Made by a program: the position numbers and the translations under genes. DNA of 64,000 bases from Phycisphaeraceae bacterium (GTDB taxonomy: Bacteria > Planctomycetota > Phycisphaerae > Phycisphaerales > Zrk34), in the NCBI GenBank assembly GCA_040905565.1, contig JBBDRF010000083.1:8277-72276 (forward strand), in the 5' to 3' direction. The notes under the pieces were generated by a model. That model did no database searches. It was not told where the DNA came from and worked only from the letters and a program-made list of their open reading frames with translations. Shown here one piece after another: positions 30,301 to 36,741 of the stretch (position 1 is the stretch's first letter; each line of letters begins with the position of its first letter).

Positions 30301-31189
30301 CATCGAAAATCGCGGTGATGTAATCTTCCGGGTTCGGCGAGAGTTCCTGATACGTCTTCGCCTGGCGGTTGTATTGAAGCCGACGCGGGGCCGTCGCCTC
30401 GCCGAACGTCTGGTTGATGAGGTCCGAAAGCACCGCGCCGGGCGCCGTGACCAGATTGTAGACTTTCATCTGCCGCTGCACCGCCGACTCGGTGTCGACC
30501 TCCTCGAGCAGCCGTTCGATGCGGCGGATGCTGCTGAGCCGATCGGTAATGATCAGCCCGCTCTCGCGCGTCATCGGTGCGATCGAGCCGGAAGCGGAGA
30601 GCATCGACTGCGCCGCTTCGAGGATGTCGGCGGCCGTGAGATGCTCCAGGCCCAGCACCACGGTGACCACTTCGCCGGGCCGCGCGTCGCCTGTGTCAGC
30701 CAGGCCACGGAAGATGCGGGTGTTGGTGCGCTCCAGGTTATCCAGCGCGACAAGCTTCAGAAACCGCCCTTCCTCAATGAGGGCTGCGTCACGCGTCGCC
30801 AGGATCATGTTGATCGCATCGAGCGCTTCTTCATAGCTGTACGGATCAGGATCGGAAAACGTCAGCGTCCCATCAATCTCCGTCTCCATAACCAGCGGCC
30901 TCTCGCTCATCGCTGAGAACCGCTCTACCACATGGCCGTACGGCACGCCGTCGAACTGGAAGCGAATATTACGCACCGCCTCACCCTCCGCATCGACCGC
31001 CTCCGCGGGCTCGCCTTCCGGCGCAGCGTCAGGCGCATCCTCAACAGCTTCGACAGGTTCGGCAGTCTCAGCAGGCGCGGGCGCGGGGGGCGTGGGGGAG
31101 GCCGGCGCGGGGGCGTCTGCCGCGCCGGCAATCCCTGCCGTTGCGGTCAGAAAGAGCGAAACGATCATCGTGATCCATACTCGAGTCAT
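18356..31189 (-). CDS. gspD: Giant secretin (GspD family), 4277 aa: signal peptide, N0, about 46 Secretin_N repeats, secretin core
   Basis: C-terminal core QVLIQVMLAEV...LGVEW, LSRPQILAADNMEATIQVG, DVGILLSVTPRI, IIIGGLI, KVPFFGDLPLIGAAFR, RTELLIILTPHVI (about 18590-19297). N0 IRFQFDG... Repeats of the form 'xxLxHAxA...DxRTNxLIV...LIxQLD'. Last large gene of the gsp operon. Confidence 0.93.
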   Translation of the reverse strand: MTRVWITMIVSLFLTATAGIAGAADAPAPASPTPPAPAPAETAEPVEAVEDAPDAAPEGEPAEAVDAEGEAVRNIRFQFDGVPYGHVVERFSAMSERPLVMETEIDGTLTFSDPDPYSYEEALDAINMILATRDAALIEEGRFLKLVALDNLERTNTRIFRGLADTGDARPGEVVTVVLGLEHLTAADILEAAQSMLSASGSIAPMTRESGLIITDRLSSIRRIERLLEEVDTESAVQRQMKVYNLVTAPGAVLSDLINQTFGEATAPRRLQYNRQAKTYQELSPNPEDYITAIFDEPSRTLILFGPRDRIQLAEELINQFEDESGGQAGEIKIFYPSTQTPVELARIVREAVPGVAAPGQGASSTQARLIIDETSQRLIVTAPAASQLDEIERLIFRVDAGVRSQDSDEQTHTPPDRLTVTRVYDLDDADVDTVEQAVRQATTTIGPGQQRRERLQITLDRERNKLIVTGSPGDVRIAEEMTTQLKAGEPLVPRQTQLITVGNDEEAERLLPLVRDLHEEQLRDQPARRGPSASIMSDPGNGRLIVSGTVADIERIEQIVEKLRSADPPPSRNVEVIALSEVRINDVIEDVRSLVDEAMNSSAFRDDSPPLLLPDATNNRLIVTASEAQYEQVKQIVTTVDVKPPQVQREIFVVELEHKSAGELIPTVNDLFAEVAADRPEGHPQPRLMPHAQERRIIVLATREDYEQIEPLIQQFDQDEPVVPRQTRTVDLPEGEAEDFALLVQELYEEQGRGQDEPVGGAASINTDRTNSRLILTGPESELVKVEAIVTQLTDDGGEAPAREETRVYRLQDAQAAEIQGLLDKSLNGDGGRPVVRILVDERSNSLIVSGSAENLEAASQLIDQLDQRQETRPRRLRLIELTEGDAEQLEPLVSALFEQMMVEEHGPNYEPATRIFSDGGSNRIVAIGPDDEVDAVAELVAELDRADPRATEPNEAFTLEHAEATEVAEIVTEALTTRDRYGRPSMEASVTADADTNSVFIGGSAEDMRAARSIIERLDVPTTRTERKLQFVKVARGQANELAALATDLWREQTEGHDGADRVSITADTENDRLVVVAPEQHLERVETLIASLSVEEEDTPERRTEYFTFGSLRELNRVLPLVRDLYQEQMRDAEDGEEADANFLTDTERAQLIVTALPSHITRIEELINELSDESEEASAPRETRMIEMGGAAEVQRLLPLVQDLYEEQLRDDRASGPADAQILADAEAGRLIVTARPNHADRIQAIVTSLRERPVEAEDRETRVYELTASTAENLASTVTRIYEERAADRSNARADRLLVLPDSATNRLIVTGVPGELDEMEAIIEQIDQVSTQTGDTRLFRLKTSEAEQVASLLSQAMLVPDRRGRLQARVSVGADPSSNTVIVSGERDDLQAAAMIIEQLDGIVEHADRDLRIFELQSEGKADELAEQTQELYLDQLKTRAEPGVGDARFIADPDTNRLIVTAAVTHLEIIQQIIEKLDASGEKSGRQMRVLSVNGSAGALVGVISQMMADRVEAPTVAERLIVSAGPDDRSLVIHAPRNTIERVEELVQSLDDPERSHGLAIRSYLVPEGEVDELAPTLARLFSEGGAAARGPQPRFEAGAGNHLLVAATEGQFERIETLIDDLQTTTEITSQLETFTLTHAQPEQVTEILERMLGPGQATRGMPGWLQMQLAQQQMQSGEVAVRVTAAPSINAVLVQGSAQDLALAEQLIANLDADPGEEGHRGRREIRSYHLPEGDVTELAPTLGRLFAEEDDDERQAPQPRFEADAASKKIMVAATRDQFDRIEAILEDFQTPSEVTNRIQTFSLEHADPEQIRQVLQEMISDEGETAGMSSWMRRQMMQQRQESDETPVRITAAPGIKAVIVQASPEQLSLAEHLIENLDVPSDEHRRLAIRAYTISEGDVEELAPTLGRLFSEEDGATVAGPQPRFEADPAGRKIMVAATEDQFERIEALLETLQTPTEITTQLRTFELEHADPHQIRQVLQEMISDEAEMTGMSSWMRRQMMQQRQESDETPVRITAAPGIKAVIVQASPEQLSLAEHLIENLDVPSDEHRRLAIRAYTISEGDVEELAPTLGRLFSEEDGATVAGPQPRFEADPAGRKIMVAATEDQFERIEALLETLQTPSEISTQVRTFTLEHAEAANVREVLAEMLSDEADTSSMSGWMRQRMMQQQQESGETPVRVTAVASIRAVIVQAPPHKLALAEQLIENIDVPDGESGSTIRTVRLEKAEAETLALAVNEAIAARESEFEGRRVSVTPEPNSNSLLINGPDVAVDEVLEIIRELDEQGDHRGIDVRIFRIQNGEAEQISATLEQMLEGVFGRRGEADAFTITVDDRTNSLVISAQRAQFVMVEQLLAALDDAPEPMDRAIRYVRIKHADAFDVASRLRMLFDDREAETRPVIEADMFTDSITIIAPEADLDPIEEMIAELDEVTRDETIQVRVIPLLEVPAAQMAEMLRDVHGQMTGTHVELVDRLPQGIRPNLPGGAVDPEALLEGLDLPEGFDVEEEPVVAIAHDRDSNTLLLSGPGYELDALEDLVTDLSFSFISSDADFRRFQLENADPAAVAETLTQLFREDPVEVVLQEGEGREGGGGGREERRVTHQQKITVIPEPRTRSVIVRARPTHFEIVETLIEQLDEDGVPPQAEMRMFALEHASPDRLLPIVEEMISHLAELRPGDTVSVHVDTASRSLIVIGREHVFEQVADVVEQFDTEATLTEADVQLVPLRKADASAMAEVLTGMLSPSADGELTAEAMALQEQIRRLNIRDGEGEVVTLDLAQPIKVAAAEASNMLILTSTPTNLPALEAVAQMMDTVPLLDGVDVRLIALERADAATIQETLEDIFTQGQALGEGPGNVPGLPEGVSGEALTGQLNVAVDARTNALILSGHPSALELAETLVADLDQDVERFVTEVELFRLRHASAPNMAPVLQAVFTETGSDPGAEGLATQVTRLRRVLDNGEEVVTEQPKTRAALMVQADEVTNTLIVAARSDMMPLITDVIQTMDIPDATGMDNIRIIPLNHANAETVQSVIEDMYEGPLASQMPPGDRPHMTLDPRTNALIVAANDKAWGIVAGLVQQLDRELPVELRDVRMILVENADAQALGGMIQQLLDARVEQRQAMGRAEAESLRVEIISDPRTNTLLVAGSREAYEMVEGLAEQLDRDGPNLAGQIDLIPLEHASAGTLAGTLSNLFDARYAAAQTQDVASRQPIILPDLRTNSLMVVAIADDRRALDDLLEQLDRKPESPAVQIELVALANNQAQAVAQMLNQVFASRQQTATTPGQPALPEENVAVHPDVLTNSVIITASGENIDVARELIEQVDTNPVVKDGSIRTFALEHAEAHRAAVTLESLIAQGVYRPGAAVGGPQQQIRERVAVEVNPRANTLIVSASPENMAIIEQVVAQIDTEAHAGGTDMRVYVLEHASAPRLVATLTDFFDSRRSTEEIAGEPTLPVSIMADDRTNALLVTGGTESFLTLERLIDQLDQPDSIERANYRIFPLANSTAAKVQQTLEQLFSARPSAAGAPAPQTITVIADPWANAVLVSAAAEDMAMVASLVERLDTGAHDEDNVEIFRLAKADASQVAETIESLYRQAGPGGQQVALNVDERLNAIVVSAGSADAKRIGSLVKRLDTEDLARVAEIRVIQLKHARANELSTLLTELLTSTPTAPGDAPDAGQRLLQFVARTADDQQEEIASALQEGVLVTPDTRTNSLVISAPVEAMPLLEHVISRLDASSPQIASIQVFSLENADAGQMADVLSDLFRLQQTAAETERSIRYTLVRPGDAEGEAAGGQPVEAGDGSDLNGSDLNAAATLGTAEQHALTVTVDMRTNSLLVGGTEHYVRLASELIAELDSSPAQERISRVYRLRHAQAIDIELAIRDFLDQERMRVTQILGDEGIGTVQGLLDREIAIVAEQSSNTLLISASPRYFPDVAELIEDLDKPQPQVLIQVMLAEVTLNDELDLGVEWSYTPVLDGTPIQTGTDFGVAGDLLQSGGFSTMITGGDFQFLLRALQAEGRLEVLSRPQILAADNMEATIQVGSEIPVIDEARTSDLTSATTVTAVDYRDVGILLSVTPRISPEGFVNLTVAPEISALSAQTVQVTPDFRLPIIDRRRAETQVSVQDGNTIIIGGLISSRDDFIEDKVPFFGDLPLIGAAFRSTRTSTERTELLIILTPHVIHDVSDANRVTREHIDGSAIHDMPINDPMRERLMKEVGEDGVYNVDPEPEERPEFRPLSDDPRIPHETIGDDEQGEPDEQ
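24784..25677. repeat. Perfect 396-bp direct repeat (24784-25179 and 25282-25677), period 498 bp = 166 codons
   Basis: Base-by-base comparison found no mismatch. It lies within four tandem two-domain units spanning about 24521-26491. Confidence 0.92.
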
Positions 31190-31297
31190 AACAGGGAACT
31201 CCTCGCGACGCCTCGCGCCGCTTTCGGCGACGGCAGGCAGAACGGGTTTTTTGAGCCGACGCAGGGTGGGATTGGGGGGGGCGCGTCGGGGCGGGTA

Positions 31298-32356
31298 TCA
31301 AGGCGAATCAGCTTGCTGACTGATCTCAGGGGCCTCGTCTCTTAGATCAGCAGGAAGTTCTTCCTGCGTCAGCTTACGTTTGTCGGCCAGAGTCGCGCCA
31401 CGTTCAATGGCCCAGTACTCTGAATCCTGCCGGACGATCACGCGGCTTTGCGACCGGATGCTCGGATCATCAGGCAAAGCCAGCGGGCGATAGTCTACCA
31501 TGACCACTGTTCCAGCTGCCAATTCATCACCGGGCGAATAGCTCAACATCTTGTCCGCAGTGCGGTCGTGGATCAAAATCTCCGTCTCGCCGCGCCACTC
31601 CGAAAGCGACACCACGCGAAACGTCTCAGGCCCAGGGGGCGCAGGCCCAGGTTCTGGCTCCGGCGCCGGCGCTTCCGCCTGCTGCACCGGCTCAGGTTCA
31701 GGCTCCGGCTCCGGCTCCGGCGGCTTTGCCACGTAAGGTCGCAACATGTTCCGCGCCGCGATCGGATCGTAAACCCGACGTCCCTCGTCCTCCGCCGCCA
31801 CCGCAGGCAACGGCTCCGCAGGCTCCACCGGCACCGCCTCCAGCACCAGCGTCAGGTACCGAAAGTTCACCGTGACCTCTTCATCGTTCCGCGAATCAGG
31901 CGAGATCACGATGTTCTCCAGCCGCTGCAGGTACGGCGCATTCTCAAGCACGTAAAGCAGGTCGATGATCTGATCCAAAGGCCCCTGCCCCTGAATCTGC
32001 CAGCCGATCTCTACGCCGCCCCGAATCCGCCTTGTGCCCGTAGGCCTGCGACTGAAGCGGCTATCGGACAGCCCCACTTCCGTGATGTTCCGCGTCAGCA
32101 TCGCCCCCGCCGCCGCCGCCGCTTCGTCGGGATGCTCACCGAACGATTGCGCCGCCCGGCGGCCCATCGCCTCCTGCGCCGTGAACGCATCGCGCTGTTC
32201 ATCATTGAGGTCGCTAAGCGTGCTGCGGCCCTGCCGAATCTGCGCTTCCAGCCGCAGCACCGGCTCGTTCACCAGCTTGTAGTAAGCCGCCATCAGACCG
32301 ACCGCCAGCACGCAGAAGCCGACCATCATCGCGAGTTTCTTTTCACGATTACTCAT
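31298..32356 (-). CDS. GspM/PilO-like protein with a Pro/Glu linker and a C-terminal GspC/PilP-like domain
   Basis: MSNREKK + TM + coiled coil + ferredoxin-like part (QIQGQGPLDQIIDLLYVLEN.PYLQRLENIVI), PEPEPEPEP linker, then FRVVSL...YSPGDELAAGTVVMVD. Start overlaps the upstream stop. Confidence 0.65.
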   Translation of the reverse strand: MSNREKKLAMMVGFCVLAVGLMAAYYKLVNEPVLRLEAQIRQGRSTLSDLNDEQRDAFTAQEAMGRRAAQSFGEHPDEAAAAAGAMLTRNITEVGLSDSRFSRRPTGTRRIRGGVEIGWQIQGQGPLDQIIDLLYVLENAPYLQRLENIVISPDSRNDEEVTVNFRYLTLVLEAVPVEPAEPLPAVAAEDEGRRVYDPIAARNMLRPYVAKPPEPEPEPEPEPVQQAEAPAPEPEPGPAPPGPETFRVVSLSEWRGETEILIHDRTADKMLSYSPGDELAAGTVVMVDYRPLALPDDPSIRSQSRVIVRQDSEYWAIERGATLADKRKLTQEELPADLRDEAPEISQQADSP

Positions 32357-34103
32357 GGCCCTCACCTCCCTGCGCCAACGCTCCATCGCTCACAGCGGGC
32401 TGATCCGATGCCGCCGATTGCTGATGGCGATAAATGTCATCCTCCGGCCGAGGCGGCACGGTCAGATCCTCAAACGTGTCCGCATCGAACGGCAACGGCG
32501 ACGGGATCGAAAGCTCCACCGTCGTCCGAAAGTTGTACCCGTGCGGATCGTTGCCCGGCGTCACCGCCAGCGGCTTCACAATGTAGCCCGCGTCACGCAG
32601 CCGCCGATCCAGATCGATCAGCACCTTGCCGCTGCGGGCGTGGAGGTTCAGCCGAATCGACCCGCTGGTCGTCGTCGCGAAGTTCGAAACATAAACCTCT
32701 TCGCTCGGCGGCAGCACCGAACTCAGATACAGATAATGATTCAGCCAGCTTCGCCGCCCCTCAACCCACTCATCAACGTTGCGTGCGTGCAGCTGAATCC
32801 GACGAAACTCGTCACGCATATCGCGAAGGTCTTCAACCTGCGAACGGATCCCCTCAAGCGTCCGCTCCCGCTGCCCCATCTGCGTCACCCGCTGATAGCC
32901 GATGCCGACGATCACCAGCAGCACCGCCGCCGCTGCCGTCGCCATCTTCAGCCGGCGATGATCCTTCTTCACCGTCGGCCGCGTCGGGTGCAGAAAATCG
33001 AACGGCAGCCCCTGCTTGTCCGTCGCGCTGATGGCCAGACCGATCGCCGCGACCGCCGCCGACGCACGGTCAGCCCCCTGCCCCTTGTAGCCCAGGTCAC
33101 TCGCCGGATCGATCGGATGGCAAGGCACGCCCAGCCGCTCGGCCAGCGCCGCCGCCACCGCAAGCTCGCGCCCCGTTTCACCGGCCACGATCACATGCCC
33201 CACTTCCTTGTGCTCCGGATGAACCCGGTAACCATGAAGCGATCGCACCACTTCCTTCGTCACCCCCGCAATCAGCGCCCGCCCGTCGGCAGGCTCCGCG
33301 ACAAGATCAACCTTTTCATCCTCATCCTCGTCGCCGTGGCCCTGCGCTTCCGCGTCGTCGTGATGGCCCTGCAGATTCGCCGCTGCCACTCGGCTGAACG
33401 CCAGCCGACTTTCCACCAGGATGTCGATGATGACTTCATCGGGTCTGAGCGAAACCAGCCCCACCGCCTGCTGATTGTCGTCCACGCCGCACGCTTCAAC
33501 GGTGCGCACGTTCGCGTAAGATCGCAGCCCCAGACCGATGAGTTTCAGGTCCGCCGCCTGCGCCATCTCGCCGTAATGCTCGACCACGCTTCGGCGCGTG
33601 ATGGCTGCGAGCACGTCGACCGTCGGCCCCGCATCGCCCTCACCATCCTCGGCTTTCTCTTTGTCCGCCGAGCTCGGCTTCGCTTCGTGATAACGATGGA
33701 TGGTGAAGTCCACCACCGCTTCCTCCGCAGGGAACGGCAGCTCCTTACCGACCTGAAAATGCACCATCCCCGCAAGCTCGTCGGGGTCATCAGGCATCGG
33801 CAGCGTGATCGGCTTAAGCATCACCTGCCCGCGCGGGATGCCCATCACCACGCCGTTCTTCGATTTCACCTTCAGCCCCCGCAGCGCTTCGCCCAGCCAC
33901 GCACCGCAGGCAGCCGAATCCTTCTGATCCAGCTCAGCCGGCAGATCGACCGCACCGAGGTACGTGATCTTCGGCCGCCTGCCGCGATACGAAACCTGCG
34001 CGATGCGCACCACGTGACCGTCGAAGTCCACCGCCGTCACGCTCGCAGGCGTCGGCCGATTCTTCTTCGGTGCAAGCATCCGTTTTGCCCCTGATCCGAT
34101 CAT
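32349..34103 (-). CDS. gspL: GspL-like protein (PilM actin-like domain fused to TM and PilN-like domain)
   Basis: AVDFDGHVVRIAQV, ELPFPAEEAVVDF, VIVAGE, AAIGLA, FDFLHP, TM helix, coiled coil, LSSVLPPSEEVYV. Confidence 0.75.
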   Translation of the reverse strand: MIGSGAKRMLAPKKNRPTPASVTAVDFDGHVVRIAQVSYRGRRPKITYLGAVDLPAELDQKDSAACGAWLGEALRGLKVKSKNGVVMGIPRGQVMLKPITLPMPDDPDELAGMVHFQVGKELPFPAEEAVVDFTIHRYHEAKPSSADKEKAEDGEGDAGPTVDVLAAITRRSVVEHYGEMAQAADLKLIGLGLRSYANVRTVEACGVDDNQQAVGLVSLRPDEVIIDILVESRLAFSRVAAANLQGHHDDAEAQGHGDEDEDEKVDLVAEPADGRALIAGVTKEVVRSLHGYRVHPEHKEVGHVIVAGETGRELAVAAALAERLGVPCHPIDPASDLGYKGQGADRASAAVAAIGLAISATDKQGLPFDFLHPTRPTVKKDHRRLKMATAAAAVLLVIVGIGYQRVTQMGQRERTLEGIRSQVEDLRDMRDEFRRIQLHARNVDEWVEGRRSWLNHYLYLSSVLPPSEEVYVSNFATTTSGSIRLNLHARSGKVLIDLDRRLRDAGYIVKPLAVTPGNDPHGYNFRTTVELSIPSPLPFDADTFEDLTVPPRPEDDIYRHQQSAASDQPAVSDGALAQGGEGHE

Positions 34104-35824
34104 GGTCTGGTCCTTGCCAGTGTGCCGCCACTGCCGCCATTGTCTTCCATCGGCAAGGGCGGGCCAAGTCGCGTTAAGTCACGCAGGTAAACCACACGCG
34201 GCGTGGGCCCCGCAATGTCGATTACCGCTTCGATCACCCGGTACCGTCGCGACGGCACGGCGTATGCGAACACCTGCACATGAAACTGATAGCTCCGCGT
34301 CGTCAGATATGGCGACAACGCGACGAAACTGCTCACGCTCAGAAGATCATCTTCAAGCAGCCACGCGATGGATTCACGCTGCGTTTCATCGAGCCCCTCA
34401 CGGTTCGCCACGATCGTCTCCGCCAGCGCCTCGTCCACGCCCGGCAGCCCGGTCAGCACCTCCAGCGAAGCCGTATTCACATTCACCCGCCCACGAATCA
34501 CCGGCTCGTCCGTCGTCGTGCAACGATCAAGGAGATCCGGCAAATCCTCCACCGCGATCGGCGAGGCATACTCCTCATCCTCATCATCTTCGTTGGGCAT
34601 CGTGCGCGCGTTCAGCAACGCCGCCACGCTCTCGAGCGGTTCATCCGAACGCCACACCGCTTCGAGGTAGGCGATGAGTTCTTCCGAGGCTTCAAGCGAT
34701 TCAAGGTCCGCTTCCGGATCGTTCAGGTTCACCCGCGGCTGACCGCTACGGTCAACGTTCGGCTCATACGACAAGAGCGTGGCGAAATCGCGCAGACCAC
34801 GCTGCTCCAATCGCACCGCATTGTCAGGCGGCAAATCCACCGCTGAGATCGTCCGCGGTTCATCGTCGGCCTCGGCCTCGACCATTTCATCACGCCCGTA
34901 AAGCAGCGCCAGGTTCACATCCTGCACCGCAAGCAAATGGTCCGTGCTGACCATCCCTTCCAGGTCCACGCTCCCCGCACTTCCACCACCGCTGCTGCTG
35001 GTTGAGCTCCCGGCACTTTCAATGCTTGTGCCGTCGGCCTCGTCGATGTTCGCGTCGGATTCGTCATCGGTTTCCGCGCTGTCGTCATCGTCGAACAGAT
35101 CGTCATCGAACGCCGAGTCGAACGCACCGGCGAGGTCGTCCTCCGGCGATGCATCAGCCTCGGCATCGGCCTCGGTCTCGGCGTCAGGGTCCAGATCGTC
35201 CGCGGTCAGCAGTGAGGTGCCCGCCGATTCGGAGCCGAGGAAATCCTTGATCCGCTCCGCCACAGCCAGCGAAAGCTCGGGCAACTCCGCCACTTCGACC
35301 GCCTCGACGCGATGCAGATTCAGCTTCGATGCTTCATCGGTCAGCCCGTACCGCACCGCGCTGCCCTCCTCCGCAGGAGGCGCGTACAGCGTGAAGTACC
35401 ATTGGTCCTGCCCGTCATCCATGACCAGTTGATCCTGGAAGCTCTCGGGGTTGTCACGCCAGAGTTGATCGGCATGGGCGTTGTCGCGTGTGATCTGGAA
35501 CGCCATGGCGAGGCCGCTCATCGCCACGGCGCGCGACTGCTCCCCCGCCCCCGCCGCTGCGTGACTGGCCTCCTCCGCCCGCACACGGAACATGAGGCTG
35601 ACCACAATCAGCGACGTCATCATCGTGACCACCAGCACCGCCAACAGCGCGAAGCCCCGCCGCCCCCACCGCCGGGTGCCCCGGCCAGCGCAGACGGCCG
35701 GGCGGAAATCACACAACGTGTCCGAATCTCCCCTCGCGCGCAGACCGAACCCGGCCGTCTCGCTTCGCTCGCTGGCCGGGGCACCCTTCTGCGAGGGCAT
35801 CACGTTGTGCCGCGGTGTTGTCAA
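34100..35824 (-). CDS. gspK: Minor pseudopilin GspK with a long leader and an acidic insertion
   Basis: RRG|FALLAVL (no E5, typical of GspK), DEASKLNL, RVNLN, GRVNVNTASLEVLTGLPGV helix-hairpin-helix. Start uncertain: TTG 35824 or ATG 35800. Confidence 0.85.
   Translation of the reverse strand: MTTPRHNVMPSQKGAPASERSETAGFGLRARGDSDTLCDFRPAVCAGRGTRRWGRRGFALLAVLVVTMMTSLIVVSLMFRVRAEEASHAAAGAGEQSRAVAMSGLAMAFQITRDNAHADQLWRDNPESFQDQLVMDDGQDQWYFTLYAPPAEEGSAVRYGLTDEASKLNLHRVEAVEVAELPELSLAVAERIKDFLGSESAGTSLLTADDLDPDAETEADAEADASPEDDLAGAFDSAFDDDLFDDDDSAETDDESDANIDEADGTSIESAGSSTSSSGGGSAGSVDLEGMVSTDHLLAVQDVNLALLYGRDEMVEAEADDEPRTISAVDLPPDNAVRLEQRGLRDFATLLSYEPNVDRSGQPRVNLNDPEADLESLEASEELIAYLEAVWRSDEPLESVAALLNARTMPNEDDEDEEYASPIAVEDLPDLLDRCTTTDEPVIRGRVNVNTASLEVLTGLPGVDEALAETIVANREGLDETQRESIAWLLEDDLLSVSSFVALSPYLTTRSYQFHVQVFAYAVPSRRYRVIEAVIDIAGPTPRVVYLRDLTRLGPPLPMEDNGGSGGTLARTRP
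35674..35786. repeat. REP-doublet (REPIN-like) inverted repeat inside the gspK leader
   Basis: GGGTGCCCCGGCCAGCG (35674-35690) pairs with CGCTGGCCGGGGCACCC (35770-35786). AGACGGCCGGG (35692-35702) pairs with CCCGGCCGTCT (35750-35760). 35674-35707 matches the reverse complement of 45752-45785 at 32/34. Confidence 0.75.
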
Positions 35825-36741
35825 AACAAATCCCCCAACGGATCGGCATCGGCGTCCTGATCCTCGTCCTCATCCTCTGCGAATTCGTCCACCTCGCCCG
35901 GGACGGTATAGCCGACGTTCACCGTCCGCCGATACACATCCTGCGCGTACTCCTCCGGGCTCAACTCCTCGGGCACCGGCTCTGCCGCCAGCATGATCTC
36001 CACCGCACCCGGCAGTTCCGGCCCCTGCCAACTCTCCGACCAGGCACTGCCGTCCCAGTACCGAAACCGCATGAAGCGAAGCCGTTCCGTCAGCACCAAC
36101 GCCCCCTGCTGCTGTGCAGACGTCGCGCCCTCCGCCTCTGCTTCATCCAGTCCATCGCCTGCCGCGTCATCGCCCTCCCCGAACATGTCCAGCAGCGGAT
36201 CGCCCTCTTCCTCCGCCATGTCCGGCGAATCCTCTTCGCCCGCCTCGGTCACACTCGACGACGCGGGGCTCGCCGGCTGCTCGGCACGCGTCAGGCCGAC
36301 CGGCCGATCCTCCCCATCCCGCTGCACCGCATAGTTGACCAGGATCAGCCCGCTCGTATTGCGACGCCCTTCCGCGGGAAGCGTGGTTGTGGCAAAGCGG
36401 ATCTGCTGTGACGATCCGGACATGCCGTGCCCCGCATCGTGATGCGCTGCTGCGCGCAGCTCAGCGGTCAGATGCTGCATCACCCGCCGCGCATCGCCCA
36501 CCGCATCAAGCTGCTCGCTCACCGCCTGCCTGGTGTCCGCCGTTTGCCGATAGAACGAAAGCACCGCCAGGAACAAACCCGAAGCAATCACCACCGCCAA
36601 CAAAACCTCAAGCAACGTGAACCCACCCCCCACCTTGCCCGCTGCCCTTGCGAACCTGCGCATGCCCGAGAACGAGCCGCGACCGTAAGGGAGCGGTCCC
36701 CGCTCCGCATGCCGTGTTGCATGGAAAGCAGACCGCATCAC
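35821..36741 (-). CDS. gspJ: Minor pseudopilin GspJ
   Basis: GG|FTLLEVLL, RFMRFRYWDG..W.ESW...LPGAVEI. Alternative start ATG 36663. Confidence 0.85.
   Translation of the reverse strand: MMRSAFHATRHAERGPLPYGRGSFSGMRRFARAAGKVGGGFTLLEVLLAVVIASGLFLAVLSFYRQTADTRQAVSEQLDAVGDARRVMQHLTAELRAAAHHDAGHGMSGSSQQIRFATTTLPAEGRRNTSGLILVNYAVQRDGEDRPVGLTRAEQPASPASSSVTEAGEEDSPDMAEEEGDPLLDMFGEGDDAAGDGLDEAEAEGATSAQQQGALVLTERLRFMRFRYWDGSAWSESWQGPELPGAVEIMLAAEPVPEELSPEEYAQDVYRRTVNVGYTVPGEVDEFAEDEDEDQDADADPLGDLF
36671..36699. repeat. REP-like element, second family, at the 5' end of gspJ
   Basis: AACGAGCCGCGACCGTAAGGGAGCGGTCC; its reverse complement matches 59282-59310 at 26/29. Confidence 0.7.
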
